A stretch of 64,000 nucleotides of DNA from Azolla caroliniana (Eukaryota > Plantae > Polypodiophyta). This document shows, in pieces, positions 14,205 to 27,874 of this stretch (position 1 is its first letter; each line of letters starts with the position of its first letter). The position numbers were made by a program, and so were the translations under genes. The stretch spans positions 10,602,001 through 10,666,000 of the forward strand of contig JBHGNT010000002.1 in assembly GCA_043228905.1 (NCBI GenBank). Reading direction: 5' to 3'. Under the pieces are notes generated by a model that was not told the DNA's origin, did no database searches, and saw only the letters and a program-made list of their open reading frames with translations.

Positions 14205-15060
14205 TCCACATATCACCATATATATAGGTTATACGAAACCATACAAACTACAATACTTACATACATATATACATTCATACACACATTGGAATCTGGATAT
14301 ATGTATACTTACACATACATCGGATATATACATGTATATTATATGCATATTACAAACATACATCCATATATGAGCTATATGCATATGTCCTAAACATTAA
14401 AATACATTGAAAATATACATACATAAATACATTACATATATACACATACATACATTCATACATTGCTACACATATATACGTACATATGCCTACAATGTCA
14501 CGCATATAAACATACATTCATATGCATACACACATACATACATAGATTACATGCATGCATACACATACATACATTACATGTATGCATACACATACATATA
14601 TTACATGCATGCATACATTCATTGAACACATAATGGATCCAATATACACATCTAAACTTACACACAATGTATGCCATATATAGAATACATACAACACATG
14701 CAATACAATACATACATACACACATCCCATACATACAATGCATATGTATATACAATAGATACATTTTACAATTAATACAATACAACATGTATATATATAC
14801 ACACTTACAAATGTACACATATCACACACACACACACATATATATGCAATACAATACATATGGATGTATATAGAGAATAGACACACACATATACACATAT
14901 GTATATAGAGCATACACACACATACATACACACATGCCATACCAATAATTCATACAAATTACAATACATTATATGCACATGTATAGAGCATAACACACAC
15001 ACAAATATAGATATCCACAGATATAAACATGCACATGTATAGAACATACATTCACAATAG
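14091..15060. repeat. (TACA)/(CA)n low-complexity tract, right part
   Basis: Direct inspection. ORFs called here are compositional artefacts. Confidence 0.9.
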
Positions 15061-15871
15061 AACACTCTTTTTAAAACGCTTCTCAAAGCCATGCTAATTG
15101 TTTTAAAAAAATGGGGGAAGAAAGGGGGGGAGATTAGACATGTGGTGTGTTTTAGTAAAATGTGGGGGGAAAAAGGAGAGAGAGAGAGAGACTGTGTTTC
15201 CTCCTCCACCCCCTCCCCACCTCGAAGCTTCCATGGTTGTTGTAGATCTCGAGTATTGTTGCTTCGTCGGAGTTCTCGCGTGGACCGCCGATGATCGCAA
15301 CCTTGCGGATGCCTTTTGATACTTCAGCGAAGTTATCAACTCCAAGCTTATCAATGGTTGTGAAATGAGATGATCATGAGGCTTTGGCTTTGTGACAAAC
15401 TTGGTGGCTCAGATTCACAAAATTGGAGGAAGTAAACGAAATGAAAACTTTACAAACTTTTATATGCAAATTGAGTATTGACTTCCTTTTTGCTTTTGTT
15501 ACTTGAGGCCTTTTGTTTTGCTCTAACACTTTTGTTATGGTTCAGATGGGAAAAAAATTGATATCCCTAAAGAGATGATTCCAAAGAGAGAGAGAGAGTG
15601 AGAGCACCATGAGCGTGAACGACCTCCTCTTTGAAGTAGTCCTCCTCTAGCGAGCAAGGATGTGCAGGACAAGTTACAAGAAGGCAACAGAGAAGGATAG
15701 GTTCTAATGTATGAATTTTCGTTTTTTGTTTTTAGCATCGATTTTTCCATTGTTCTCTATATAATCTTGAAATGCTTAGGATTGCTAATTTTGTAAACAA
15801 AACATTGATTTTAAGAATTATTTGGTTTTCTTTTTCGTCACATGTAATTTTTCAATTGATTTTTACAATAT

Positions 15872-16701
15872 TGCATCTTTAAATTGTATTATAACAATGT
15901 TAGGTTTTGCTGAAATTTTATTGTTCCTTTTTTTGGTTTCTTTTTATTTCACTTTGATTTTGTATTGCCTTGTATATATTATCATGTTAATTATATATTC
16001 AAAACTTTGGTCTATGAATTTTCTTTGTAAGGATACCCAAAAAATCAGATTAATTGGAGGGTCTTGTGGAAATATTGTCACTTGATCGATGATAAATCAA
16101 GTGTTTGTGGTGAAGAGGGGGAGAAGAAAGGGGAGAAGGAGGATGTAGGGAGTAATGATGCCGAAAACATGAGGGAAGGTGACATTGGAAACATGAAGGT
16201 TCTTAGTTTAGTACCATATAAGTTTAAGACGATGTTTGTATGCTTATGTGTATGTGTATGTGTATGCATGTGCGTGCGTGTGTATGTGCATCTTTAAATT
16301 GTATTATAACAATGTTAGGTTTTGCTGAAATTTTATTGTTCCTTTTTTTGGTTTCTTTTTATTTCACTTTGATTTTGTATTGCCTTGTATATATTATCAT
16401 GTTAATTATATATTCAAAACTTTGGTCTATGAATTTTCTTTGTAAGGATACCCAAAAAATCAGATTAATTGGAGGGTCTTGTGGAAATATTGTCACTTGA
16501 TCGATGATAAATCAAGTGTTTGTGGTGAAGAGGGGGAGAAGAAAGGGGAGAAGGAGGATGTAGGGAGTAATGATGCCGAAAACATGAGGGAAGGTGACAT
16601 TGGAAACATGAAGGTTCTTAGTTTAGTACCATATAAGTTTAAGACGATGTTTGTATGCTTATGTGTATGTGTATGTGTATGCATGTGCGTGCGTGTGTAT
16701 G
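15872..16701. repeat. Apparently identical 415-bp tandem duplication
   Basis: 15872-16286 matches 16287-16701. ORF pairs are offset by exactly 415 (16064/16479, 16078/16493). Confidence 0.95.
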
Positions 16702-18134
16702 TGTATTTGCATATGCATCTCCATGGTTGTGTTTGTATTCATGTATGAATGCAAGCGCATACGCATGCTTTTTTTGCCATGTTACTCTGTGTATTTGCCC
16801 TTGTCATTTCACATGAAAGACTAGCTCTTTCGGTCTTGAGAAACTTCATGAGGCTTCAAGAAGTGATTGACAATAGAGGCCAGACATTCTAGTGACAATC
16901 GAACAAGAGTTTGTTGTGATTTGTGCAAGCTTTTGTGCTAATGCAAGCTCGAATCCACATCTACCATCATCTAAAAGAAAAAGACAATGAACCAATACAA
17001 CTTCTGAAGAGCTTATGCCATACCATTGGAATCTTGACCAACCAACATTGAGGTGCACATAAAAAACAATTAATTTATTTTGTGATATCTTTGCCGAAAA
17101 GGCCATAGATCTTGTTGATATGTGTTATATTAACGATAATCTTAATCTGCTAACCCAAACATGAAGTTCCATTCTCTTGTTTTGTTTCCAAATTTCTTTA
17201 CTAAATGAACAAATTTCTTTGCTATTCAAGGTGGCACGATTGCATAGGAACAATTGAAGAGATTGAAGCATGTGTTTATTTGGGCAAGGAATGACATATA
17301 AGAGTGTCTTGACCCTAAATAGTTCTTGCAATGCTGGAGTTTCCTTTGAAACTATAAGGAAGTAGACTTCGTTAATTCAAGCTTCCAACACTGATGGGTT
17401 GGAGAAAAGTGAGCTCATTGAGACATATAATGTAATACGAAAACCACTAGGCATGCATCCATACACGGTTATAAATATATACACATACATAGTTATGGGT
17501 TGCATATTATATTATTGACCACATAAGTTGATGTTATTGTGCACAACCTACATGATCACTTAGGAGGTGAAGGTATAATGATTGATGCTTCTTGATTATT
17601 ACTCTATATCTTTTGTTTGCTACAGATTCTATTATGGACCAAAAAAGTTAATCTTATTGTGCATGGGATCAAGATTGTGGCATTACTTAAGAGGTGAAGG
17701 TATAATGATTCATGTTTCTTGATTATTATTCTATATCTTTTGTTTGCAACTATCATTTTGATTGTATTATTTCATTCGAACAATATATTAACCTTTGGTT
17801 TCTTATTGTTACTCCATAGGTTTTCAACTTATTGAATGATGGTGCTCGACAAAGAAGTAAAAAAGCGTGTTTTTTGTGTGTGTAGGTTTGCAAATGTTTG
17901 CAAATGTCAGATTTCATAAGGACTATGATAAAGGGCGTGTACATGAAGCTTGATCATATTTACATTGATGATAACCTAACACTACTTTTCTTGCAAATTT
18001 CAAATAAAATGTTCTTGATGTAAAGCTTTGTGGGTTCCAAAGCCTACTTACTTTGTTTCTGCTGTAGAGAGATTAATGGCTATGGCTATGGAAGAGAATA
18101 TGTTTTATAGGTTAAAAGTATTGTGTGTTAGTGT

Positions 18135-18404
18135 GACTCTAGCGCTTCTCCACCCCTCGGCTCCTTAGTGTTGGTGTCGACTTCCGCTACCTTCTCGTCC
18201 GTCTGGCCTACAACTGATCTGACCCTTTTGAATCAAATTGTTCAACTGATCGGCTGCCTCCGATTCATTCCCATTGTCGTCAGAATTGGCTGTCTCCAAT
18301 TCGTCTTCAATCTTCAGGCCCTTCACCACATCGGACCATGTCTGGATCTTGGCTTTCATCTTCTGGTTGGCTCTGTCCTTCTTGACATCTTTGCCATCGT
18401 CTTT
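18135..18404 (-). mobile_element. Fragment of Copia post-RNase H extension
   Basis: KIQTWSDVVKGLKIEDELETANSD, homologous to 24180-24300 and 28150-28260. Confidence 0.7.
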
Positions 18405-18697
18405 TGTACAAACATACGTAAATAGTGTTGAGCGGCAAGCTCAACCGGATCCGGATTGGCTGAATAAGCCTGAGCCGGATTGGTGAGCCGGTGAGCCGGA
18501 TCAGAGCGGTAACCGAAAGCCTAGTAGTAGCCTAGACTACTAGGCAATCATTTTCTTGTAGTTAGTGTCAGTCACACGTAGGAATATTGAAGTACTTGTT
18601 AGTACTTCTGTCAGTCCTTATGGACTTGTATAAATAGTGTTGTTTAGCACGTTGTATGTACACAATTTTTTGAATTGAGTTTATGTTCTGCTCTCTT

Positions 18698-18735
<38 letters not shown>

Positions 18736-19103
18736 CCACACGTATTCTCTGGGTGTTAAGCTACTCCATTAAACCTTCATCTTATTCTCTGTTGCTATCC
18801 GGTTGAACCGGTTCTGTCTAACACTTCCTCACGATTACATTTACATGGTATCAGAGCGCGAGGGTTGAGAACCTCTATCGCCGATACTTGCTTCCGTAGA
18901 CGAACCCTAGAACCCAATAACAACAGACAGGGAGAAGATATAGACAGAGGAATGGCGATTTCACTTCCAACAACGAAGCTTGACCGGAGCAACTACGCGT
19001 CTTGGTCATACAAGATGCATCAGTACCTGCTGGGGCATGGATATTGGAGCTTCATGGAAGGAACAAACGAGGTAGCGTCGGAGCCGGCACACAATGACTT
19101 CCC

Positions 19104-19874
19104 AGCGGGAACTGCACGCTCCGTATACGCAACGCTCGGCCACAACCGAGCTTAGAATCATACACAAAAAAAACGGGAAAGAAAGCACGACGTGAAGAAG
19201 AGAAGAGTACACAAGATGTTTACGTGGAAAACCCAAACTAAGGCAAAAAACCACGGCAGCCCACAGGCTGCAAACTATCACTATGTTAGAATGTACAACA
19301 GTGAGTTCACGGAGGTAACGACCTCGTGCTCACAATCTTCGCCACAGGCGGCGGTTACAACAGAGGCAACGACCTCTTTCTCTCTCTCTCTCTCTCTGTA
19401 CACAGTTACGCACTCTCTCTCTCCTTGCACCAACAAGAATGACAACAACAACAAAAAGTTTGCCCTAAGTCATATTTATACTAATATGACTTTTCAGCTA
19501 TTTACAAATATAGCCATGATGGACTCTTAGAAAACATATTTACGAATATGTCTCTTCATCCGGTGAGAACTCCTCACCGGGTCTGCACCATCCGGCTCTC
19601 CGTAGCCGGGTACTCCTCATCCGGTTCTCACCGGGTCTGCATCATCCGGCTCTCCGTAGCCGGGTACTCCTCATCCGGTTCTCACTGGGTCTGCATCATC
19701 CGGCTCTCCGTAGCCGGGTACTCCTCATCCGGTACTCATCGGGTCTGCACCATCCGGCTCTCCGTAGCCGGGTACTCCTCATCCGGTTTCGGCCTTGGCC
19801 TATCGGCCTCGGCTGAGTTTGCTTATCAACATTGTTCTTCTCCCTTCCCATCCGGAGGGACCTGTCTCCCAACA
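19104..19874 (-). mobile_element. One-end-truncated LTR of the Tnt1/Tork-like Copia family, with a ~54-bp tandem array
   Basis: Homologous to LTRs 50079-50697 and 54750-55264. Intact ...TCTCCCAACA end at 19874. About 4 copies of a 54-bp unit at 19557-19788. Confidence 0.9.
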
Positions 19875-20044
19875 TTATTCTCTGTTGCTATCCGGCTGAG
19901 CCGGTTCTGTCTAACACTTCCTCACGATTACATTTACATGGTATCAGAGCGCGAGGGTCTAGAACCTCTATCGCCGATACTTGCTTCCATAGACGAACCC
20001 TAGAACCCAATAACAACAGACAGGGAGAAGATATAGACAGAGGA

Positions 20045-23000
20045 ATGGCGAGTTCACTTCCAACAACGAAGCTTGATCGGAGCAACTACGCGTCTTGGTC
20101 ATACAAGATGCATCAGTACCTGCTGGGGCATGGATATTGGAGCTTCATGGAAGGAACAAACGAAGTAGCGTCGGAGCCGGCACACAATGACTTCCCGGTA
20201 TGGGAGCAAGGAGCGAGCCGAGTATTGTAGTGCCTCGCGTCTTTGTGTGCACGATCAGATGCTCGACTACATCAAGGATGCAAAGACGCCGAAGGAGGCC
20301 TGGGCAAATCTATGGAAGATTTTCGCCGCGAGTACCACAACCCGTAAGTTGCAGCTCCGGCAAGAGTTGAACAACATCCGGCAAAGAGACATGTCGGTTA
20401 CGTATTACACCACCAAGATAAAGGATATTTGTGACGCACTCGGGTCCATCAATGTGACGGTGGACGAAGACGAGATGGTACAAATTTGCCTCGGTGATCT
20501 AGTGCAAAAAGGGCCACGGGGAAAGCGAGTGCTGGAAGAAGCGCGCAAATTCGGACAAATCTGGATCCGACAAAACCGGTCGGGAGAACCGGCAAAGCTC
20601 GCACTACACGGAAGGATTGGAAGGATCCGGAACCGGGAAAACTGGTGAAGGGCCAGGTCAGCCTTCGTGATGAAGCACAAAGCTAACTCGATGAAGAAGT
20701 CTACTTCCAACTCGGAGGAAGTATGGTACGTTGATTCCGGTACGTCCAACCACATGACGAGCCATGAAGAGTGGTTCTCTTTTTTGGAGAAACCGGAACA
20801 ACTGGGGATTGTCGAAACCAGAGACGACACCCCTCACCCGATTGTGCATATCGGAGAAGTCCCTTTAAGCCATGTCAGACAAAAAGGGAAGCTGATGACC
20901 GTACTACACGTTTCGACAATCACAAAGAACCTGGTGTCAATTGGACAAATAGTCGACTAGGGGATGCAAGTGCAGTTTATGTGCCTAGGGTGCTTCATCG
21001 AGGAAGAAGGTCGGATAACTACGCAAGGGCATAGAGAAGGGAGGATGTTCATCCTCAACACCAATGACGTTGGCACCGCCATGTTTGCCAAAGGGCAAAA
21101 GGTCGAGTCGGACATCGACCTATGGCACAAGCGGATCGGCCATGTCAACTACCGGAGGATTCAGGACCTGCAATCGAAACAAGTTGTCTTCGGTTTGCCG
21201 AAATTTTGCGGCCGAAAGGCCGAAATTTGTGAAGCCTGCCAACTCGGGAAGCAACACCGGCTTCCATTCCCACCGAACGAAACTGGAGCCGTAACAAGCT
21301 CGATCTAATACATTCGGATGTATGGGGACCGGCACTGAACTTTAGTCTTGGCGGGACTTGATACTTTGTCTCCTTCATCGACGACTACAGCTGGCACACG
21401 TGGATCTACCTCATCGAATGGAAGAGGGAAGTCTTCAAATGTTTCCGGAACTTGCAAAGCTAAGTTGAATGGGAAACAGAGAGGAAGGTCAAGTTCTTGC
21501 GGTCGGATGGCAGGAAAGAATACTTTTCTAGCCAATTCAACAGTTATCTGCAGCAGAATGGAATTCGGAGAGAATTCAGCTGCAGATACACAACGGAGCA
21601 AAATGGTGTGGCTGAAAGGAAGAACCGGTTGATTGTCGATGCGGCAAGGGCAATGCTAGAGGAGAAGAGCATGCCCCAATTCTACTGGGTTGAGACGGTC
21701 CGGACGACCGTCTACATCCAAAACTGGATCGGAGAGAAGGTGTCATCACATGAGCTGTATTTTGGGTAGAAGCCGAATTTGAGACACCTTCGGATATTCG
21801 GTGGCATAGCATATGTGCATGTACCGGATGAGAAGCAAAAGAAGCTAGATCCGAAGTCGGAGAAATGCATCCTAGTTGGCTACTCGCATGAGCAGAGGGG
21901 GTATAAGTGCTATAAACCCCGGACTAAACATGTCCGAGTCAGCCAAGATGTCGAGTTTGATGAGACGACATCATGGTACTCCTTACTGACTTCGACTCCC
22001 GACGAAGACCCGATTCCGGAAGATGAGGTTAGTGAGCTCGAGGAGGTCCAGGTAGAAGATGACGACTTCGGCACTCTAGAAGAGAGTTTGATCTCATTCC
22101 GGGCTCAGTGGCCCGAATGAACGGCCGAGTTGAGATGACCAGTTGGATGAAGAACCGGTGAGTAGTGGAGACTCTGCGGTGCTCTCCCCGCGCAAAGAAC
22201 CGAGGAGACGGTTCATGTGCAAAGAATCGAGGAGAAGGGGAAGACGAAGATGCCGGAATACAAAACCGGGCAACGTTGAGTCAGATCGGAGCGATTCCGA
22301 CTTCGGAAAGAATGCAGGTAGATCTTTGGGAACGAACTCCGAACTAGCCAAGAAGGGCCCCAAACCGGGTGATGACAAGTTGCGCCGGTCTTCCTGCCAG
22401 AAGAACCCTGTTACGCGGGACAGGTACAATGAGTACATGGCGCATCACTATGCGTACATGACCAAAATGGCGGAAGTGCGTGAGTCGGAGAGCTACGCAG
22501 AAGCGACAAAGGACACAAATTGGCGTGCCGCTACGGAAGAAGAAATGTGGGCACTCAATCCCAATGACACATGGGACCTTGTTGACCCTCCCCAACACTG
22601 TAAATTGATAGGTTGCAAATGGGTGTACAAGGTAAAGTACAATGCCGACGACTCGGTTAACCAATACAAGGCTCGGTTAGTGGCAAAGGGATACACACCG
22701 ACCCATGGAATTGACTACGACGAGACCTTCACTCCGGTGGCGAAGATGACGACGGTTCATGTGGTACTGGCGGTTGCTGCGGCAAGGGGGTGGCATCTTC
22801 ACCAGATGGACGTGAAGAATGCATTTCTTCAAGGCGATCTTGAAGAAGAGGTCTTTATGACCCAACCCCTCAGTTTCCAGTCGGAGATGAACAAGTCGGC
22901 GGTGTGCCTGCTTAAGAAGTCGCTTTACGGTCTGAAACAAGCCCCCGGAGCTTGGAATGCGAAGATTACACACCGGTTGCGTAAGATGGGGTTTCTGACT

Positions 23001-24407
23001 TCTAAATCCAACTCATTGTTGTTCATCCGGCAAGGTCCGGATGGTCTGGTTTGCATCCTACTTTATGTTGATGATTTAGTCATCACCGGACCTGAACTCA
23101 ATGAAATCGGCCGAGTAAAGTCCTAGCTATCAGACGCATTTGAAATGAAGGACCTAGGGGACCTTCATTATTTTCTTGGCATATTGCTCTCACAACGACA
23201 CTATGTGTTGAATATGTTGTACAAGTTCGGCATGACAGAATGCCGACCTGTGTCCACACCCCTGGACCGGAACCAGAAGCTCTGTCGCAACTCTGGACCG
23301 GCCTACGATGAGAAACGGTTCCGACAAATTGTTGGAAGCCTCATATACCTGACAATCAGTCGACCCGACATCAATTACCCGGTCGAAGTGATCAACCAAT
23401 TCATACAGAAGCCGATCGTCGAGCACCTTCAGTGCGCACACCGGATACTCCGGTATGTGAGCGGCTCGAAGGACCGGGGACTGTTATACCGACATGGTAT
23501 AACTGAAGAGCTGGTCGGATACATTGATGCCGACTGGGCTGGTGATGCATCGTATTGCCGATCCACCTCCGGTTACATGTTTTCTCTAGGTAGCATGGCT
23601 ATTGCATGGAGCAGCAAAAAGCAGCCAATAGTGGCTCTATCGAGCACTGAGGCTGAATACCGGGGCGCTACCAATGCCACCTATGAAGCCATTTGTCTTC
23701 GGCGACTGGTGCAAGACCTGCTGATCGACGTACCGACACCGATACTGATCTACTGTTACAACATGAGCAGCATTCAGCTTGCCAAGAACCCTGTATTCCA
23801 TGCTTGGACAAAGCACATAGAAGTGCGTGATCACTTTGTTCGCGAGCAAGTCTTGAGCGGTGAAGTTGAACTTCGGTATGTTCACACGAATCGGCAGGTT
23901 GCCGACATCTTCACCAAGCCGCTAGGATCAGACAACTTGCAACATTTTTCGGAGATGCTTGATATTCAACATCTCGATGTGCCGCACTTAAGGGGGAGAA
24001 AAGGAAAGGGAACGGATGGCACAGGACAAGGAGCCGAAGAGGAAGAAAGAACCTACAAAGGGGGAGACAAAGGGAAAAAGGAAGTTGAGTCGACAAAGGA
24101 AGTTGGCACATCCGAAATAGTGGAAACGAGTGGCGGCGGTGGTAGAATCAAGAAGGACAGGGCCGACTGGAGGGAGAAGGACAAGATCCGGACATAGTTT
24201 GATATGGTGAAGGGCCTAAAACCGGAAGATGAGTTGGAGAACACCGACTCGAACAAGAGCCGGAATGAATCAGGAGCGACTGATTCGGATAAGAGCGGGA
24301 ACGAATCAAAGGAAACCGATTTGGTTCAAGATTCGGAGAAGCCGGATCAACTAAAGGCCAAATGGACATGGACACAACGGAAGTCGACACCAACACGAAG
24401 GAACTGA
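20045..24407 (+). pseudogene. Copia gag-pol (gag, PR, IN, RT, RNase H, C-terminal extension)
   Basis: LDRSNYASW; WYVDSGTSNHMT; LWHKRIGH; QNGVAERKNR; KLDPKS; YKARLVAKGY; MDVKNAFLQG; LYVDD; YIDADWAG; SSTEAEY; KHIEV. Confidence 0.95.
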
Positions 24408-24931
24408 TGGGTTGACAAGTGCCGGAGTCGCAACAGCGAGGGAGTTGAAATGGGCATGTTGAGCAGACAAGTTGACTGGGGAGGTCGAGGTGCGCAGAAC
24501 CCGAAGGGTCGTGGCAAAAGGGACTAGACCGGACGAGGAGAGCGAGCAAGGTGGAGTGACGCCAGAAGGAGTCGGGTAGAAGGACCGGCTACCATGAACA
24601 CTGACACCACGACACGATCTCAAGTTCAGCTTGAGGGGGAGTTTTGAGCGGCAAGCTCAACCAGATCTGGATTGGTTGAATAAGCCTGAGCCGGATCGGT
24701 GAGCTGGTGTGCAAGACGGATCGGTGAGCCAGGTAGCCAGGTAGCCGGATTACAGCGGTAACCGAAAGCCTAGTAGTAGCCTAGACTACTAGGTATTCAT
24801 TGTCTTGTAGTTAGTGTCAATCACACGTGTACTTCTGTCAGTCCTTATGGACTTGTATAAATAGTGCTATTTAGCACATTGTATGTACACAGAGTTTTTT
24901 AGAGTTTTTTGAATTGAGTTTATGTTCTACT

Positions 24932-24965
<34 letters not shown>

Positions 24966-25538
24966 CCACGTGTATTCTTTGTGTGTTAAGCTACTCCATT
25001 AAACCTTCAGCTTATTCTCTGTTGCTATCTGGCTGAGCCGGTTCTGTCTAACGCTTCGTCACGATTACATTTACAAATAGCATAGTAATGATAGGGTTTT
25101 GGTGATTACTAGGAAAGAAGGATTCGATAGGTACGTTGGTACCACAAGCAGGGCTAGAATTGAGCGGAGATCTATGAGAAACCCGATTATCATAAAGACG
25201 ATGTAACGACCTTCCCTTGTGCTATGAAAGGGGAGGCCTTGAATTGTTTTGGGGATCTGAGGATTTGGGGAGGACGAAGCTCTGCCCGTTGAAGTGCCAA
25301 AGCTCTCTCCTCTCTCTGTACTGTGCTCTATACTATGGAACAAGAAGGTGAATCCTCTGCTTGCGTTGGAGGCCTGCATGCTCCCGACTAGAGGATCATC
25401 ATTCTGTGTGTGTGTGTGTGTCTGTTGAGCTCAAAGTTCCTTTCTCGACTGCGCCCGGTTGTACTTACTACATGTTCTACGCCTAATCGAATCAAGACTC
25501 GTTGTTCTGTCTCTGTGTTCTATTCTAATATTTTCGGT

Positions 25539-26760
25539 TGTCGTGAAGATTTTCGGCAATGGTGTGAAAATTTTATTTTAATAATAGTGAAGATATTATT
25601 TTAGATTATTTTAATATCTTGGTACAAAAAGATGGATGTCTTCAAGAGCTTCCGAATGTACTTTACTACATTTGAAACAGACAACTAAATGTCAAGTTAT
25701 GTGAATGTGAAGTTTGAGAAGACGAAGATAAAAAGAAAACTATGAGATATCCAACATAGATAGGACAAATCAGGATCCCACATTATATAAGAAGAGCCAG
25801 AACTTATTACTTTTTGTCTATGTGTGGAGCGCAGAATGTTCTTGGGCTAAACTGTGCCTTAACTACTCGTAATGGTTTTGCAGGACCAGACCGAACAGAT
25901 GGCGACAGAACCGGAACCGGACGGAGGGCGATGGAGCCGGAACCGAACTGGAACCGGACGGTGACGAAACCAGAACGGACGGCCGGTGATGGAACCGGAA
26001 CAAATGGACAACGACGGAACCGGGACCGGTACCGGACGACGACGGAACCGGGACCGGGAACAGACAGCCGGTGACGGAACTGGAACAGAAGGACGATGAT
26101 GGAACTGGAACCGGGACCTGAACCAGACAACGACGGAACCGGGACAAGCCAGACGACGCCGGATCGGATCACCGGGTCAGATGCGGATCGGATGGACTGG
26201 ATAGACGGGTCAGTCGGAGAGCTTGATCGCGACGCTCGGTGTCTTGAAGATTTTTGGTGTGAAACGAAAAAGCCAAGTCATTTCTTTAAGTTATATTTTT
26301 ATCATTATACTTTCACATGTAAATTCTCATGCACCGGAACCGGACCGGATGGACCAGATCACCAGGTCAGATGTAGATAAGATGGACTGAGTCGGATGCG
26401 AACCGAATGGACCGGATAGACGGGTCAATTGGATAGGTTGATCGCGACGCCAGATGTCTTGAAGATTTTCGGTGTGAAACGGAAAAGCCAAGTCATTTCT
26501 TTAAGTTGTACTTTTATCATTATACTTTCACATGTAAATTCTCATGCATGAGAGCTTGAATGATTGACATGGTTATCATGCAACACATGTAATGCATGAG
26601 TGCCAAATCGAAAACATGCATTTCATGCATTTTATGCATTACATGCATGTCTTGCACCCTCACATGCATCATATGCATGGGTGCATTTATAAAAGAGTGG
26701 ATGAAGATGAAAAATGAGCGATGTATTAATCAAGAATTTAATAGGAAGAAAATTCGTTAT
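25539..26760 (+). mobile_element. Gypsy LTR (3'-truncated) with GGAACCGG repeats
   Basis: Starts TGTCGTGAAGATTTTCGGCAATGGTGTG, the reverse complement of the end of LTR 38438-39595. Internal ~190-bp duplication at about 26160-26550. Confidence 0.75.
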
Positions 26761-27104
26761 CTGTGAAATGTTACGTGCGGAAGCTATACGAAACACAGAA
26801 TATCGATAGAGAAAATAGGTTTAATGGAGAGCTTAAGACACAATGTACGCAGGAGAGATAGAGAGGGAATCAACACACAAAAAAACTGAATTAAAAAATG
26901 TGTAAACTCTGTACATGGATGTGCTTAGAGAGAACTTTTATACAAGTCCATACTGACTGACAGAAGTACTGACACGTACTTCAATGCTCATAACTGAGCG
27001 CCTACACTAACTCCCAAACATATTCCCTCACGGATTATCTGTTCAACAGCCTCCCGGTTTCCGCACCGATCCGGCCTCTTGTTGCGTATCGGTTTACACA
27101 CCGG

Positions 27105-27874
27105 TGTCGTGTTGTTACGCGCGTGCGTGGGGAAAGGCGGGACCACGGGGGTCTTGGACTAGGGAGTGACGGAGCGGTGGAAGCCGTACTTCACCGTTTC
27201 CGGGGCATCCCAGAAGCACATCGGAAGCAACCGAAGGGAGACAGAGAAAGAGAGGGAGCGCGCGCTTGACACCGACTCACGCACACACACAGGCTGACCC
27301 GACTCACGCCCTTATGTACAGGAAACGCAGGAAAGGGGAAGCACGACACCAACAGAGACGCCAATATACACAGACAGACGCAAATGTATATATATAAAAG
27401 GAGGAATACATTCCCGGCCTCGTGCCGAACCAAGGTAGGTTACAACAGTCGTCTGCTGTCAAGCCGCCATCGGGGAGCTCTCGGCTCGTCGTGCCGAGCG
27501 GGGTCTTGCACAGGAGGCCGAGCCGAAGCAAACCCTAAGCCAAACACGAAGGGGGGGGGGGGGGGGGGGGGAAGAAGAAGAAGAAGAAGTGTAACTAACC
27601 CTAAATCTAACGGTATACCCTCTAACGCAAAATGGGCAACCCGTTTCACAAAGGGCGCTCCCTTCCTTTTATAGAACAAGGAGAGGGATGCGTTACAATG
27701 TGGGATAGATCCCGACTTACATGGGATCGTCTCTCCCGACTTGTCTACTCTTCGGCGCCATAAGGGCGCCCTCGTTATTCACACTAAATGTACAAGGGTG
27801 AGCGCACATGCTGCACCCCGCCGATGTAGCCAATGTTTCCCGGTTTCTGCCTCTGGCCGAAATTCTTCACGACA
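27105..27874 (-). mobile_element. Solo Gypsy LTR, 4-bp TSD CCGG
   Basis: TGTCGTG...CACGACA termini; CCGG at 27101-27104 and 27875-27878; ends resemble LTR 49811-55648. Confidence 0.9.

Larger units (their letters stand above)
18426..25075 (+). mobile_element. Full-length Ty1/Copia LTR retrotransposon (degenerate, internally rearranged)
   Basis: LTRs 18426-18845 and 24642-25075; 5-bp TSD AATAG (18421-18425 / 25076-25080); tRNA-iMet PBS TGGTATCAGAGC 18846-18857; PPT TTGAGGGGGAG 24631-24641. Confidence 0.95.

Noticed and set aside
14154-15209. Many ORFs rich in Y/I/H/T or C/M/V
   Set aside because: Translations of TACA/CA low-complexity DNA.
15060-18130. Possible degenerate multi-exon gene, including a ~125-bp repeated exon/intron-like unit at 17527-17750
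   Set aside because: No recognisable domain or sustained reading frame, so no call can be supported.
18405-25538. Another LTR starting TGTACAAAC at 18405, split by the Copia and continuing at 25081-25538
   Set aside because: No second copy, terminal CA or TSD is visible in the window to confirm it.
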